27,194 nucleotides of DNA from the IMG/VR virus record IMGVR_UViG_3300046115_000084, positions 1 through 27,194 of that record; one strand, written 5' to 3'. The position numbers and the translations under genes were made by a program. This document shows positions 25,019 through 27,194 of this stretch, in pieces (positions within the stretch are counted from its first letter, which is position 1; each line of letters opens with the position of its first letter). Source of the stretch: a virus (Duplodnaviria; Caudoviricetes). The notes beneath the pieces were generated by a model. That model had not been told where the DNA came from. It was given only the letters and a program-made list of their open reading frames with translations, and did not search any database.

Positions 25019-26400
25019 TGCTGCTGACGCCTGCCATGCTCGACGCGCGCCGGCGCGGGGCCCAGCCCTTCCCCGCGCTCCGCGTCGCGTGGGAGGCGCG
25101 GGGCCAGGCGCTCGGTAGCGACGTCATCGCCGCGAAGTTCGCCAAGCTCGACGGCGGCGGGACGACCCTCGTCACCGAGCTCGGCGGCTGGGAGCCGATC
25201 GAGTACGGCTCCGGCATTGAGACGCCCGAGCTCGTGGCGGTTGAGACGAAGGTCGGGGTGATCGACATCGAAGGCGTCCTCCTCGAGATGCTCGAGACCT
25301 ACGACCCGCGCGGCAGCGTCGCCGAGATGGACTGGGTGCTTCCCGAGCTCGTGGCGGCCGACTGGACGCCGCTCTTCCGCGGCCTCGTCGCCGATTGGGA
25401 GCGCGACGGGCCGATCACCCGGCTGATCCTGAAGACGGACGACACCCTGCTCCGCTCGCCGATCCCGGCCGAGACGTTCCTCCGGGCGGAGGCCGGAGCG
25501 GCGGACGAGGCCTCGATCTTCGGGACGTCGAAGCAGCTCCTGCTCGGCGTCTTCGACGCGATGCAGGTCACCGCCCGCGGGATGGTCGCGGCGATGAACA
25601 TCCGCTACGACGAGATCCAGGGCTATTGGTACCTCGCGAGCGTCGGGCAGCTCGTCGACGTGCGCCGGATCTACTACGACGGGCACCCGCAGGGCGACAC
25701 CGGCTGGACGGTCGAGAACCTCGTCCAGGGCGCGACGCGCGCGACCATCATCGTCGTCCAGGCGGGCTTCCAGCCCTCGAAGGGCGTCGTCGTCTCGTTC
25801 GACTGCGAGGGCCCCGACGAGGACGGCCTCACCGCCGGCGACTCGCTCACGGGCGCGCCGGACCAGCTGCGGGTCGCTATCAACGAGTACGGCTACAGGA
25901 CCTCGCCGCTCAACGGCTACCGCGGCGACGTGGCGGTCATCGACGCGACGACCTGGGACGCTGGGTCTGCCTTCTTCGCGCTGCACCTCATCGAGTCCGC
26001 GCGCCGCTTCGGGGGAGAGCAGGAGCCCGAGCCGCTCGCCGAGGTCATCGACTCGTTCCCGCAGGTCTACCTCTGGAGCCGGATCCGCTGGACGCGCCTC
26101 GGAACGCTCGCGCTCGACGTGTTCGACCCGGACGACGTCGACCCGGACGCCGCCGCGGCGTTCGACATCGAGCGGCACCACGAGGGCGGGAGAGGGGCGC
26201 TCCAGCCGGGCGACCGGCGCGAGGTCTACAGCCACCTTCGGATGCCGTTCATGTGGAGCCCGGCCGAGCAGAAGTTCCTCACGTCCTACGAGGCGCACGA
26301 CGTTGCGGCGCTGCCCCGGAAGAACGTGCTGCCTGTCGAGAACATCTGGTCGCAGTGCCGGCTCACGCGCGACACCCCGCTCAACCCGGCGGCACCATGA
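25015..26400 (+). CDS. Tail tip/hub-like structural protein
   Basis: GTGA-coupled to tape measure; acidic, beta-rich; PLFRGLVADW and LLLGVFD hub-like motifs. Confidence 0.65.
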   Translation: MMLLTPAMLDARRRGAQPFPALRVAWEARGQALGSDVIAAKFAKLDGGGTTLVTELGGWEPIEYGSGIETPELVAVETKVGVIDIEGVLLEMLETYDPRGSVAEMDWVLPELVAADWTPLFRGLVADWERDGPITRLILKTDDTLLRSPIPAETFLRAEAGAADEASIFGTSKQLLLGVFDAMQVTARGMVAAMNIRYDEIQGYWYLASVGQLVDVRRIYYDGHPQGDTGWTVENLVQGATRATIIVVQAGFQPSKGVVVSFDCEGPDEDGLTAGDSLTGAPDQLRVAINEYGYRTSPLNGYRGDVAVIDATTWDAGSAFFALHLIESARRFGGEQEPEPLAEVIDSFPQVYLWSRIRWTRLGTLALDVFDPDDVDPDAAAAFDIERHHEGGRGALQPGDRREVYSHLRMPFMWSPAEQKFLTSYEAHDVAALPRKNVLPVENIWSQCRLTRDTPLNPAAP

Positions 26401-27194
26401 AGCGCACGATCCAGCTCCTCGCGAACGCCATCGCCCTCGACGGCGGCAGCGGCGCCATCGTGCCCGGGACGTCGCCCTACCCGGGCTCGAGCACCCCCTC
26501 GATGACGCCGATGGACATCTGGAACACGGGCCCGATCGCGCAGCAGTACGTCTACTTCCACAACGTGGCGATCCCGTCGTGGGCGCTCGACTTCGAGCCC
26601 GGGCCCACGCTGGCGCGCTTCACCCGCGTGACGATCACGGCCGGCTTCGACTATGCGCAGGCCGGCTCGAACAACTGGTACTTCCCGCCCGAAAACGCCT
26701 TCGGCCCGCGAGCGGGGCTGCTCTTCCGGAAACGCGATGGGACTTGGCTCAACGGCACGGGCGCGGCCGCCTACGAGATCCTCGGCCCGCCGGGCGACGA
26801 CCACAACGTGAACATGAACACCAACCCCACGCTGTACAAGCTGAAGACGCTGACGTGGGATATGACCTCGCACCCGGACGGCGGGCCCTTCACGCTGACG
26901 GACATCAACAACCTCGCTGCCGGCATCTCGCACGACACCTCGAACGGCCCGAGCGGGAAGCCCTACGACCCCGCGGGCCACGCCTTCTTCCGCATCCGCG
27001 TGCCCTACCTGCGGGTCGACCTCGAGATCGAGGACCTGGGCGGCGACGTCGAAAACATGCGCTTCGCCAGCTCGCTGATCCTCCGGCTGATGCGGCGGGC
27101 GCGGAACACGGTGAAGCTCGTGACCCTGGCCGATCACGCGATCGGGGACGTCGGCTCGCGGATCTACCTCCAGGAGCGGCGCGGGCCAGCAGTG
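26397..27194 (+). CDS. 3'-truncated tail protein (MKRTIQLLANAIALDGGSG...HPDGGPFTLTDINNLAAG...LRLMRRARNTVKLVTLADHAIGDVGSRIYLQE)
   Basis: ATGA-coupled; open to window end (266 codons); absent from ORF track because no stop in window. Confidence 0.8.
   Translation, partial: MKRTIQLLANAIALDGGSGAIVPGTSPYPGSSTPSMTPMDIWNTGPIAQQYVYFHNVAIPSWALDFEPGPTLARFTRVTITAGFDYAQAGSNNWYFPPENAFGPRAGLLFRKRDGTWLNGTGAAAYEILGPPGDDHNVNMNTNPTLYKLKTLTWDMTSHPDGGPFTLTDINNLAAGISHDTSNGPSGKPYDPAGHAFFRIRVPYLRVDLEIEDLGGDVENMRFASSLILRLMRRARNTVKLVTLADHAIGDVGSRIYLQERRGPAV

Overview
High-GC (~70%) segment of a lambda-like, cos-type tailed phage or prophage (siphovirus organisation), with essentially all real genes on the + strand and many coupled by ATGA/GTGA/TGATG overlaps. 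1-6000: early/replication accessory genes (tripeptide-repeat protein, small membrane peptides, DUF5131/Gp37-Gp68, ASCH-like protein, replication initiator with a candidate internal origin, DUF559-like nuclease). 6000-11700: a structured leader, a GH24 endolysin and an unusually long lysis/envelope cluster. 11700-19430: a lambda-like cos site, TerS, gpA-type TerL, gpW, portal, a LexA-like wHTH, a protease-capsid fusion and DUF2190. 19440-end: head-tail, tail tube, frameshifted chaperones, tape measure and tail-tip genes. The most unusual signal is three virion-fibre/decoration-like proteins that carry clear Sec signal peptides and even numbers of mature-chain cysteines. One sits inside the tail module, which suggests virion parts that fold in the periplasm and attach at lysis. 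Also notable are an exact in-frame 30-bp duplication shared by two unrelated genes and a kink-turn-like hairpin covering the endolysin SD. No integrase, tRNA, rRNA, CRISPR or reverse transcriptase is seen. All family calls are by motif recognition and synteny; no database search was run.
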